From Micromonosporaceae bacterium (GTDB lineage: Bacteria > Actinomycetota > Actinomycetes > Mycobacteriales > Micromonosporaceae), in NCBI GenBank assembly GCA_047459115.1, contig VSCG01000001.1, positions 10,488 to 74,487 on the forward strand: a DNA stretch of 64,000 bases, read 5' to 3'. Both the position numbers and the translations under genes were made by a program. The notes beneath the pieces were generated by a model, which made no database searches, was not told the origin of the DNA, and saw nothing but the letters and a program-made list of their open reading frames with translations. Of this stretch, positions 8,918 to 16,917 are shown in pieces. Position 1 is the first letter of the stretch; every line of letters begins with the position of its first letter.

Positions 8918-10665
8918 AGACGAGAATTTCGAACCGATCCGAAGCATTGGTCCTCGCTATCTCCGCAATCAGCGCCATCGCGCTCGCCGGTGCTATTGCG
9001 GTCGTACTGTTGGGCAGCCCGAAACCGAGACTCGTGCCAGGCCAGCAAGGCCCATCATCACCAGTGGGCCAACCAATCACGGTGATCAGCTGGAACATCT
9101 GCAGCGACGTCAGAACCTGGTGTCCCTCCGGGGGAGAGCCGGAGGTACTCGCCGAGGCCATAACTGAGACCATTCGCACGCACGAACCTGACGCTGTGTT
9201 TCTGCAGGAGGTGTGCTCAGCGGTAGTAACGGATCTGCGGAGACGCCTGGGTCCCGAATGGATGGTGCACTTTCGCAAGACCAGGGAGCTCGTGTATGTC
9301 GGGCAGCAGGAGGTGATCAGGACGACATCGTGTTCCGAACCGCTAGGTGATATTGGAATCGCGATCGGACACACCTCATCGTTGGCTCGGTCTGGGTCGG
9401 CGTCCATCGATCAAGCGAGACCCGTGATACGTTCGCATCCCCTGCCATCTCCGACTCCTACCAATAAAGGGCGAGCCCACCAGCGGCTTGCCATGTGTGT
9501 TCAACTGAATGCACCCGGCCTGCAGTTTTGCAACGCGCATCTACCAACGCGGGGAGAGGATCCGTCCGGACAACTGCGGGCCGCCGGCATAGAGATCCTC
9601 GCCGAAGAGATCAGCTTCGGGCAGCGGGTGGGTCTATTGACCATTGCTGGGGGTGATCTGAATACTCGACCCACAGAAACCGTGAATGGTACCCCGATAC
9701 TTGCTCGTTTGTACGACACAAGCACCGAGTGCGATTCAGGCGACGACCCGCAGCCCACATTTAAGGGCGAAAAGATCGACTATATATTTGCAGGTTGGGG
9801 ATCGGCCAACATGGAATGTAGGATCGAGTCCTCCACTCGTTCTGATCACGACATTCTCCTTGCCCGGATCCAGTTGATGCAAGGCATGGGTGCTCGTGCC
9901 CTTCGTGATGGCTTTCCCCTACTGCTGGAGAAGGCATATGCACGCGCCGACCGGCAGCGCCCGAATGCTCTTCTGCTGACAACTGCCCTTCAGCGTGGCT
10001 TCAACAACGTCGAAGTCGACGTGCAGCCGCCTACGGAGGCCGGTAGCTTCCCACTCGGCACCAATAAACCTGATCCCTGGGGCCGTACACTTGAGGATTA
10101 CTATCTCTATCCTCTGCAGCAATGGGTGAACGCACAGCAAGGCAAGATTCACCCTGAGTCGCAAGGTCCGTTCACTCTCATGGTTGATATCAGGAGCAGT
10201 CGGCTGACCGAGAATGTGTACCGGTCTCTTGAACGGAATCTGACACCCTACAAGCCAATGCTTTCGCGGGTTGAGGAGGGCAAGGTCGTCCCGGGGCCAA
10301 TCCGTGTGGTGGTGCCCAACTCGGCTGCACTCGTCAGACATCTGGCGGACAGATCCAGCTCATTGTTCTTTGTGGACGTACGTGCGCCGTGGCGAGCAGG
10401 AGAGGCCGCCATGCCTCCTTCGGTCTTTGTTGCGATGGCCAGCGTGAGGCTGAGTGACGTGACAGGGGAGCAGATGGACCTGACCAGGGTGGCGGGGGAG
10501 GTGAAGCGAGCGCATGACCTTGGGTACGCGATTCGCTTCTACGGGTATGAGCACCTCGGAGACTCTCCGGAGATCAGGCGGATCTGGGCTGCACTAGAGG
10601 CGGCCGACGCGGACTTCATCACCACGGACGATCTAGATGCGTTGGTGCGCGCCCTTGCTCGCTGA
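8914..10665 (+). CDS. Membrane-anchored endonuclease/exonuclease/phosphatase (EEP) domain fused to a PI-PLC-like (Ca-dependent PLC-C1-like) domain
   Basis: 583 aa with an N-terminal TM anchor (LVLAISAISAIALAGAIAVVLL). EEP-like features are ITVISWNIC...DAVFLQEV...CNAHL...GGDLNT...DYIF...SDHDILLARI. The C-terminal ~260 aa resemble my recollection of bacterial PI-PLC-C1 proteins (RTLEDYYLYPL, FTLMVDIRS, PYKPML, IRFYGYE, ITTDDLDAL). The expected HxHNDY motif reads KAYARAD. Confidence 0.6.
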   Translation: MKTRISNRSEALVLAISAISAIALAGAIAVVLLGSPKPRLVPGQQGPSSPVGQPITVISWNICSDVRTWCPSGGEPEVLAEAITETIRTHEPDAVFLQEVCSAVVTDLRRRLGPEWMVHFRKTRELVYVGQQEVIRTTSCSEPLGDIGIAIGHTSSLARSGSASIDQARPVIRSHPLPSPTPTNKGRAHQRLAMCVQLNAPGLQFCNAHLPTRGEDPSGQLRAAGIEILAEEISFGQRVGLLTIAGGDLNTRPTETVNGTPILARLYDTSTECDSGDDPQPTFKGEKIDYIFAGWGSANMECRIESSTRSDHDILLARIQLMQGMGARALRDGFPLLLEKAYARADRQRPNALLLTTALQRGFNNVEVDVQPPTEAGSFPLGTNKPDPWGRTLEDYYLYPLQQWVNAQQGKIHPESQGPFTLMVDIRSSRLTENVYRSLERNLTPYKPMLSRVEEGKVVPGPIRVVVPNSAALVRHLADRSSSLFFVDVRAPWRAGEAAMPPSVFVAMASVRLSDVTGEQMDLTRVAGEVKRAHDLGYAIRFYGYEHLGDSPEIRRIWAALEAADADFITTDDLDALVRALAR

Positions 10666-10968
10666 CGCGCGTTGGCTGCACTGTGTGCCTTGTGGACTCG
10701 GAGTGGCAGATGACAAGGTCGTTGAGAGCCGGCTCAAGAGGGACAATTCCTGATCAGGGCACCCGCACAGGACCGCTCGCAGGGCTGAGCAATGGCGCCT
10801 GCCCTGAAGGGTGAGGCTGCGGTATCTTCCTGTCGGGATTCAACGGAGGGTATACATACCTGTGACTGGGTCAGCTGCGGCGCGTGAGTCGTTGACGGGC
10901 AGTGTCGTACCGATGGCGAGAGCCGCGCTAATGCCGGTGAGGCGCACCGTAACGGTTGGCGGGAGGCC

Positions 10969-12714
10969 TTGAGGATGCTCTTCTTGCGGCTATATCGGGC
11001 GCTGCCGAGGCGATTTCGAACCAGGCTGCTCGGAATGATTCCGAGTTCGCGACTGTTGTGGCTCGTGCGCCGGCTAGTGCCACTTCAGACGCAACGCCAG
11101 ATGCACGACTCCAGCGGTCGGCGGGTCGTTCGTGATCGAGGGCAGGTCGTTCCGGCCTCCGTGTCTGATACGGCCACTCCGTTCGCCGTAAGGCAGGCGA
11201 ATCTCGACGCCGTCGTGCAGGTGTTGGACAGCGCGGGTATACCCTATTTCCGGATTCGCCCTGACAGTAGCTTGAGGACGGCTATCGCGGTTCCGTTGCA
11301 GAACCAGGCCAGGGTCGCAGAGGAGATCCATCGCTCTTTGAGCGACTTCACGGTTCGGTGGGTGTCCCCTAGGTCGAGACCAATAAAGGAGAATGGCGGT
11401 CATTCGGCAGTTCTTCAGGTATTTCACGCCGTTACCTCGCAAACGGGGTCACTGGTGCTTGGGAGCAAGTACGCTTGCGAGATTGAGTTCTGGCTAGAGG
11501 AGAAAGGAAAACTTATCGCTCCTCGTCGGAACGCCGTCGGCGGCGTCGTTTCTGCGAAGTATGAGCCAGTCATGGCCGACGAGCATGTGTTTAGCCGCCT
11601 TGCAGGCCGAAACGCCAGTCGACAGTATCAGACCCGAGAGGAGTTTGCTTGCCTCGGAATCGACATGGTCGACTTCCCCATCGATGCCGTCTACACATGG
11701 GTCGATGGCTCCGATCCCGAATGGCAAAATAGGAAGAATGCCGCGTTGGCGACTCAGGGTGACGGTGAGTTGAGCGAACTTGCTGCCAACTCATCTAGGT
11801 ATCTGAATCGCGATGAATTGCGCTATTCGCTTCGATCATTGGTATGTTTCGCTCCGTGGATTCGGCACATCTACCTTGTGACGGATGACCAGATTCCCCC
11901 GTGGTTGGATCCTCACCACCCGATGATAACGGTAATCCGCCACCGAGAGATCTTTGGTGAAACCGGTGTCTTGCCTACGTTCAACTCTCACGCGATCGAA
12001 TCAAGGCTGCACCGTATTCGCGGTCTTTCGGAACATTTCCTATATGTGAACGACGACATGTTCTTCGGCCGGATGGTCTATCCGACGACATTCTTTCACC
12101 CGAACGGCATCGCCAAGTTCTTCTTGTCACGGGCGCAAATGGGTGCCGGCCCGGCATCTATCGACGATGCGCCCGTAGATGCCGCCGCCAAGAACAACCG
12201 TACGATTATTCAGGATCGGTACGGCCGGTTCATCAGCCGGAAGATGAAACACGTGCCGTATCCTCTCCGCAAGAGCGTGTTGGAGGAGATCGATCAGGCG
12301 CTGCATGCCCAGGTCTTGGCGACCGCCTCCCACCAGTTCCGGCACCCTGGAGATCTCTCTATCCCCTCGTCCCTCCATCACTACTGGGCTCTCATGACTG
12401 GTCGCTCGGTGCCGGGTTCGATCAGGTACGCCTACGCAGATCTCGGACACCCGTCGACCCCGTTGAGGCTTCGGGAGTTGCTCGCCAAGAGAAGGTGGGA
12501 TGTATTTTGCCTCAACGATACAGATTCGGGCGACGTGAGCCATGCGGAGCAGATGGCAATGATGTCGGAGTTTCTGCCCGCGTACTTCCCGTTCCGAGCG
12601 CCATTTGAACTGCCAGACGACGTAGCGGCGGAGCGCGCCCGCCTCGGCGCTACCCAACTGGCTAAGGAACTACTAGATCTTCCTACCGGTTTAGCTGGAG
12701 CGGGGCGGAATTAG
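10969..12714 (+). CDS. Stealth family protein (putative hexose-1-phosphoryltransferase)
   Basis: Stealth conserved regions are present: CR1 DAVYTWVDGSDPEW, CR2 NRDELRYSLRSL..FAPWIRHIYLVTDDQIPPWL, CR3 LPTFNSHAIESRLHRIRGLSEHFLYVNDDMFFG, CR4 region HQFRHP. The start is TTG 10969 or ATG 10975. Confidence 0.85.
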   Translation: MRMLFLRLYRALPRRFRTRLLGMIPSSRLLWLVRRLVPLQTQRQMHDSSGRRVVRDRGQVVPASVSDTATPFAVRQANLDAVVQVLDSAGIPYFRIRPDSSLRTAIAVPLQNQARVAEEIHRSLSDFTVRWVSPRSRPIKENGGHSAVLQVFHAVTSQTGSLVLGSKYACEIEFWLEEKGKLIAPRRNAVGGVVSAKYEPVMADEHVFSRLAGRNASRQYQTREEFACLGIDMVDFPIDAVYTWVDGSDPEWQNRKNAALATQGDGELSELAANSSRYLNRDELRYSLRSLVCFAPWIRHIYLVTDDQIPPWLDPHHPMITVIRHREIFGETGVLPTFNSHAIESRLHRIRGLSEHFLYVNDDMFFGRMVYPTTFFHPNGIAKFFLSRAQMGAGPASIDDAPVDAAAKNNRTIIQDRYGRFISRKMKHVPYPLRKSVLEEIDQALHAQVLATASHQFRHPGDLSIPSSLHHYWALMTGRSVPGSIRYAYADLGHPSTPLRLRELLAKRRWDVFCLNDTDSGDVSHAEQMAMMSEFLPAYFPFRAPFELPDDVAAERARLGATQLAKELLDLPTGLAGAGRN

Positions 12715-12721
12715 ACCGCCC

Positions 12722-13705
12722 GTGCGGCGCTCCAAGAAGAGGAAGGGCCTAACCGTGCCGCTCGTCATCAAGATGCCCCGTAATCAGTCCGCGCTCGCTG
12801 CCGTCGGCCCGTACCCTCGTGCTCTCAACGTTCTCGATCGCAAACAGACGGCCGTGCAACGACAGTTGCGCCGTGCGGGCCTTGCCGGTTACGAGCCGTC
12901 GACTCAGGCGACTCTACTAGCGATCATGCAGCTCGCACCTCGGGGTTCAGCGTTCTTCGACATCGGTGCGCACATCGGTCTGTACTCGGCAATGGTTTCT
13001 GCCATCTTCGGTTCTCGCGGGCATCGTGTATATGCCTTCGAACCGAGCCCAGAAACCGCTCAGATTTGCCGGAAGCTGCGAGACATCAATGGCTTGGACT
13101 TCGGTGTTGTCGAGAAAGCGCTTGGCCGTGAACCAAGTGAGGCCGTGCTTCACCTCTCTGCGAAAGCCGAGACATCAAACTCCCTTAACCCGACTTTTCG
13201 CAGTTCTATCGGGACTGTTACTGTTCCGGTTTCCACTGTCGATCTTTTCACGGCGACTCACCATGTCGACCCGTGGCTTATGAAAATCGACGTTGAGACA
13301 TATGAGCCAATGGTGTTGGCGGGATCGCTGCAAGCTATCGAACGTGCTCGACCATGGGTTATCTGTGAGATACTGGACAGCGTTGATCATGAACTCTTGG
13401 CTCCGGTTCTCAGCGACCTTGCCGACCTTGGCTATACGTTTTATCGCATCGATGATCGACACCCTTGGTCGAGCAGTACAGTTGACGGGTACCGCTATCG
13501 TATATCAGGGAGCAGCAGAGACTGGCTATTCGCCCCTACGGACCTAAGTAGCGATTTTTTCAAGACCGTGCGCGCTTGGTCGGATGCGATCGCCAAGTGT
13601 GGCCCGGAGACCAATCTGCTGATCCCTGGGGGTGTGCCATTCCCAGAAGGTTGGAACGCTCCTTACCCACGGCGTAGATGGTGGCATCTCGGCCGGCGAG
13701 ACTGA
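12722..13705 (+). CDS. FkbM family methyltransferase
   Basis: FFDIGAHIGLYS...VYAFEPSPET...KALGREPSEAVLHLS...SNSL...LMKIDVETYEPMVLAG. The start is uncertain; an internal ATG lies near 12768. Confidence 0.8.
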   Translation: MRRSKKRKGLTVPLVIKMPRNQSALAAVGPYPRALNVLDRKQTAVQRQLRRAGLAGYEPSTQATLLAIMQLAPRGSAFFDIGAHIGLYSAMVSAIFGSRGHRVYAFEPSPETAQICRKLRDINGLDFGVVEKALGREPSEAVLHLSAKAETSNSLNPTFRSSIGTVTVPVSTVDLFTATHHVDPWLMKIDVETYEPMVLAGSLQAIERARPWVICEILDSVDHELLAPVLSDLADLGYTFYRIDDRHPWSSSTVDGYRYRISGSSRDWLFAPTDLSSDFFKTVRAWSDAIAKCGPETNLLIPGGVPFPEGWNAPYPRRRWWHLGRRD

Positions 13706-13907
13706 CCTTTAGTATGTCCAGGAACGACTTTCAACCTAACGGCACTCCAAGTTCTGGACTTAGAGATCAGTGAACCACTGGATGAGCGGTGGGCGGCGAT
13801 ATGGGAAAGCGGCAGACGGCATTGCGATGAAGGAGCTCCGGCGGTTGTCTGATCAATGAAGCGGCTGTAGCGTCCGCTTCCTTGGTCGGTACGCCAGTTG
13901 GCTCGGT

Positions 13908-14648
13908 GTGAGGTGCTTGATGATTGGGTTGGTACTCGCTGCTGGGGCGGGAAGCCGGCTGCGGCCGCACACTGACGCGCTGCCCAAGACCCTCCTACCG
14001 GTCGCCGGCGAGCTGACCATCCTCGACATCATCCTGCGCAACCTCGCCGCCGTGGGTCTGGCCGACGTCGCGGTCGTGGTCGGATACGCCGCGGCGGCCG
14101 TACAGGCTCGTGTGCCCGAACTCGAGCGGCGGCACGGCGTGCGGCTGAGCCTGCTCCACAACGACCGCGCCGACTGGAACAACGCCTACTCGCTCTGGCT
14201 CGCGCGGCACGCATTCGCCGAGGGCGCGCTGCTGGTCAACGGGGACACCGTCCACCCGCTCGACGTGGAGAAGACCCTGCTCGCCGAGCGCGGCCCCGGG
14301 GTGCTGATCGCGGTCGACGGGCTCAAGACGTTGACCGACGAGGCGATGAAGGTGCGCCTGGACCCCTCCGGCCGACTGCTGCGCATCACCAAGCAGATGC
14401 CGGTGGCCGACGCGCACGGGGAGTACATCGGCGCCGCGCTCATCGAGGCACGTGCGGCGCGCGACCTCGCCGCGGCCCTCGAGGCGACCTGGCGGCGCGA
14501 TCCGCAGCTGTACTACGAGGACGGTTTCCAGCTCTTCGCCGACCGCACCGGCGACCTGCGGGCCGCCCGGCTCGGAGCGTTCGAATGGGTGGAGGTCGAC
14601 GACCCTGCCGACCTCGCCCGGGCCCGGGACATCGCATGCCGCTACTAG
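13908..14648 (+). CDS. NTP-transferase domain protein (LicC/phospho-alcohol cytidylyltransferase-like)
   Basis: MIGLVLAAGAGSRLRPHTDALPKTLLPV...VVVGY...NNAYSLWLA...LLVNGDT...YIGAALI. The likely true start is ATG 13920. Confidence 0.8.
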   Translation: MRCLMIGLVLAAGAGSRLRPHTDALPKTLLPVAGELTILDIILRNLAAVGLADVAVVVGYAAAAVQARVPELERRHGVRLSLLHNDRADWNNAYSLWLARHAFAEGALLVNGDTVHPLDVEKTLLAERGPGVLIAVDGLKTLTDEAMKVRLDPSGRLLRITKQMPVADAHGEYIGAALIEARAARDLAAALEATWRRDPQLYYEDGFQLFADRTGDLRAARLGAFEWVEVDDPADLARARDIACRY

Positions 14649-15697
14649 CCCGCGCGGTGCTCGCCCCGCTCGCGGTCGAGGTGCGCCGCGGCGCGCTGGG
14701 CAGCCTCCGCGACATCCTCACCGACCGGCGCATCTCAGCCGGCGGCGACGTCGCGGTGGTCGTTGGCCCCGGCCTAGGTAACGAGGTCAGCGAACTGCTG
14801 CGGGGCCGGCTGGACCGCGCGGAGATTCTCACGGTCACCGGTGGCACGTTCGCCGCCGCCGCCGAACTCGGCGCCAAGCTGCGCGCCCGGGCGTACGACG
14901 CTGTCGTCGGCATCGGCGGCGGCCGCACCATCGACACCGTCAAGTACGCGGCGACCCAGCAGGGCCTGCCGATGGTCTCCGTCGCCACCAGCCTGGCGCA
15001 CGACGGGATCGCATCCCCGGTGAGCGTGCTGGACCGGGAAGGGGTGAGCGTGTCGTACGGCGTGCACACCCCGCTCGCTGTGGTGGTCGACCTGGACTTC
15101 GTGCGCCGCAGCCCGGCATGGCAGACCCGCTCGGGCGTCGGCGACGCGCTCAGCAACCTGTCGGCGACGGCGGACTGGCAGCTCGCGCACGAGGTGCGTG
15201 GAGAGCCGCTCGACGGGCTGGCCCTGGCGTTGGCGCGTACGGGCGCCGAGGCCGTGCTCTCGCACCCCGGCGGGATCGGCGACGAGGACTTCCTCGCCAC
15301 GCTGGCGAATGCGCTCGTGCTCGGCGGAGTGGCGATGGCCGTGGCCGGCTCCAGCCTGCCGTGCAGCGGCGGCTGCCACGAGATCGCCCACGCCGTCACC
15401 AAGCTCTATCCGGGCGCCGGCACCCACGGCCAGCAGGTCGGGCTCGGGGCGCTGTTCTGCACGTACCTGCGCGACGACGCCGACCACTTCGTCCGGCTCG
15501 CCGCCGCCCTGCGCCGCCACGGGCTGCCCCGCACCCCGGCCGAGCTGGGGCTGACCGATGAGCAGTTCGTCGAGGCGGTGACGCACGCGCCCGACACCCG
15601 CCCGGGGCGGTACACGATCCTCGAGCACCTCGCGCTGTCCCGCGACCAGATCGCCGGTAAGCTCGCCGGTTTCCTTCGTGCCGTCGCCCGTTCCTGA
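14636..15697 (+). CDS. Iron-containing alcohol dehydrogenase family protein, sn-glycerol-1-phosphate dehydrogenase-like (AraM/EgsA-type)
   Basis: DAVVGIGGGRTIDTVKYAA...PMVSVATSLAHDGIASPVSVL...GVGDALSN...CHEIAHAV. ATG 14636 overlaps the upstream stop by 13 nt, so I prefer it over the track start 14585. Confidence 0.75.
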   Translation: MPLLARAVLAPLAVEVRRGALGSLRDILTDRRISAGGDVAVVVGPGLGNEVSELLRGRLDRAEILTVTGGTFAAAAELGAKLRARAYDAVVGIGGGRTIDTVKYAATQQGLPMVSVATSLAHDGIASPVSVLDREGVSVSYGVHTPLAVVVDLDFVRRSPAWQTRSGVGDALSNLSATADWQLAHEVRGEPLDGLALALARTGAEAVLSHPGGIGDEDFLATLANALVLGGVAMAVAGSSLPCSGGCHEIAHAVTKLYPGAGTHGQQVGLGALFCTYLRDDADHFVRLAAALRRHGLPRTPAELGLTDEQFVEAVTHAPDTRPGRYTILEHLALSRDQIAGKLAGFLRAVARS

Positions 15698-15872
15698 TGC
15701 GGGTACGTGAGGTCGTGTCGTAGTATCCGTAATACGTGCGTAGTACACTGCGGCATGCCGTACGAGTGGGACGAGTGGGCAATGCGAGCCCTTGTGGGAA
15801 TAGAGCCCTACGAAGTGCGGCAGGTTCTTGCGCCCGCGAGATGACCGATGATGAGTTGGCCGAGTTTCTCCG

Positions 15873-16241
15873 ATGGGAGAAGGCGCGATGAGTGATAGGC
15901 GGGAGCTGCCCCGCACTCCGGATGAGGTCGCAGCATTCATGAACAACCTGACGTTCGAGCCGCCGCCATCCTCGGAGCAGGAGGAGGAGGAGGAGGATCT
16001 TCTCGCGTCGCTGCCGCCGGCCGGATCGGAGGTCATGGTGGTCCGCTCGCTTCGCCTACCGCTTGAGGTTGACGAGGCGGTGGCCGCCGCGGCCCGGGAA
16101 GCCGGTGTGCCGAAGACGGCGTGGATCAGGCAGGCGATTGAGATGGCACTGGCGTCGCAGTCTGAAGCGGATGAGCCCATCTCGCGTGCCGAGGCGGTGC
16201 GGGCCCTGACCCTGCTGCGTCCGGTCCGCCGGGCGGCCTGA
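15873..16241 (+). CDS. Ribbon-helix-helix (CopG/Arc-like) protein, antitoxin-like
   Basis: The C-terminal half VMVVRSLRLPLEVDEAVAAAAREAGVPKTAWIRQAIEMAL fits a beta-strand/helix/helix RHH pattern. An acidic run EQEEEEEDL precedes it. The start may be ATG 15888. Confidence 0.55.
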   Translation: MGEGAMSDRRELPRTPDEVAAFMNNLTFEPPPSSEQEEEEEDLLASLPPAGSEVMVVRSLRLPLEVDEAVAAAAREAGVPKTAWIRQAIEMALASQSEADEPISRAEAVRALTLLRPVRRAA

Positions 16242-16265
16242 CGAGGCCGGGCCCGATATACCGCG

Positions 16266-16886
16266 TCAGCCGGGGAGTGCGGCGCCGGCGGCGAGGGCGG
16301 TGGTGGTCAGTGTGGCCACGCGCCGCAGATATGCGTCGGGCAGGGGGCCACGGGCGACGGCCAGCCGCCAGTAGACCGGGCCGACGACGAGGTCCAGGGC
16401 GAGTTCCGGGTCGGTGCCGGATGGGATTTCGCCGCGTTTGACCGCGCGATCGATCAGCAGATTCCCGATGTCGCGCTGGGCATCGCGCAGCGCCTGCTGG
16501 AGGGTCTGCCCGATCTGCGGGTTACGCGCGGCTTCGGCGAGGAGGTCGGGCACGATCTGGGACGCCAGCGGGTGGCGCAGCGCGCGGGCGACGAGGCCCA
16601 GCACCATCTCGAGATCGCCGCGCAGGCTGCCCGTGTCGGGCAGCGGGAGGAGACTCTTCCCGGCGATGTCGGAGACGATATCCAGCACGATCTCCAGTTT
16701 GGAGCTCCACCGGCGGTAGATGGCCGTCTTGCCGACGCCTGCCCGGCGTGCCACCGCCTCGATCGACAGCCGCCCGTAACCCACGGCCGCGAGCTCCGCG
16801 AGCACGGCGTTGCGGATGGCGGCCGTCACCCCCCCGCGCAGCACCGCCGCACCGGCCGGGGCGCGCCGCCTCTCGACTGTGGACAC
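16266..16886 (-). CDS. TetR/AcrR family transcriptional regulator
   Basis: LSIEAVARRAGVGKTAIYRRWSSKLEIVLD is the canonical TetR HTH. Confidence 0.9.
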   Translation of the reverse strand: MSTVERRRAPAGAAVLRGGVTAAIRNAVLAELAAVGYGRLSIEAVARRAGVGKTAIYRRWSSKLEIVLDIVSDIAGKSLLPLPDTGSLRGDLEMVLGLVARALRHPLASQIVPDLLAEAARNPQIGQTLQQALRDAQRDIGNLLIDRAVKRGEIPSGTDPELALDLVVGPVYWRLAVARGPLPDAYLRRVATLTTTALAAGAALPG

Positions 16887-16898
16887 GCGCGGGACTAT

Positions 16899-16917
16899 AC
16901 CGTAGCGACGCTACGGT
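16899..16917. promoter_or_regulatory. 19-bp perfect palindrome, candidate TetR operator in a divergent promoter region
   Basis: ACCGTAGCG-A-CGCTACGGT lies between the TetR start (16886, minus) and the ABC-2 permease start (16978, plus). A second short inverted repeat CGACGC...GCGTCG overlaps it. Confidence 0.6.

Larger units (their letters stand above)
5732..13907. other. Low-GC cassette (putative horizontally acquired or variable region) inside the glycopolymer locus
   Basis: Manual GC counts of single 60-nt lines give about 48-62% inside (lines starting 6481, 7021, 9781), versus mostly above 70% in flanking genes. TTA Leu codons lie in frame at 7640-7642 and 8474-8476. Five co-directional genes. 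No integrase, transposase, tRNA or flanking direct repeats seen. Confidence 0.7.

Noticed and set aside
13716-13759. Imperfect inverted repeat GTCCAGGAAC...GTTCTGGAC after the FkbM gene
   Set aside because: It has a one-base bulge, a 25-nt loop and no U-tract. It may act as a weak terminator at the cassette edge, but support is insufficient to call it.
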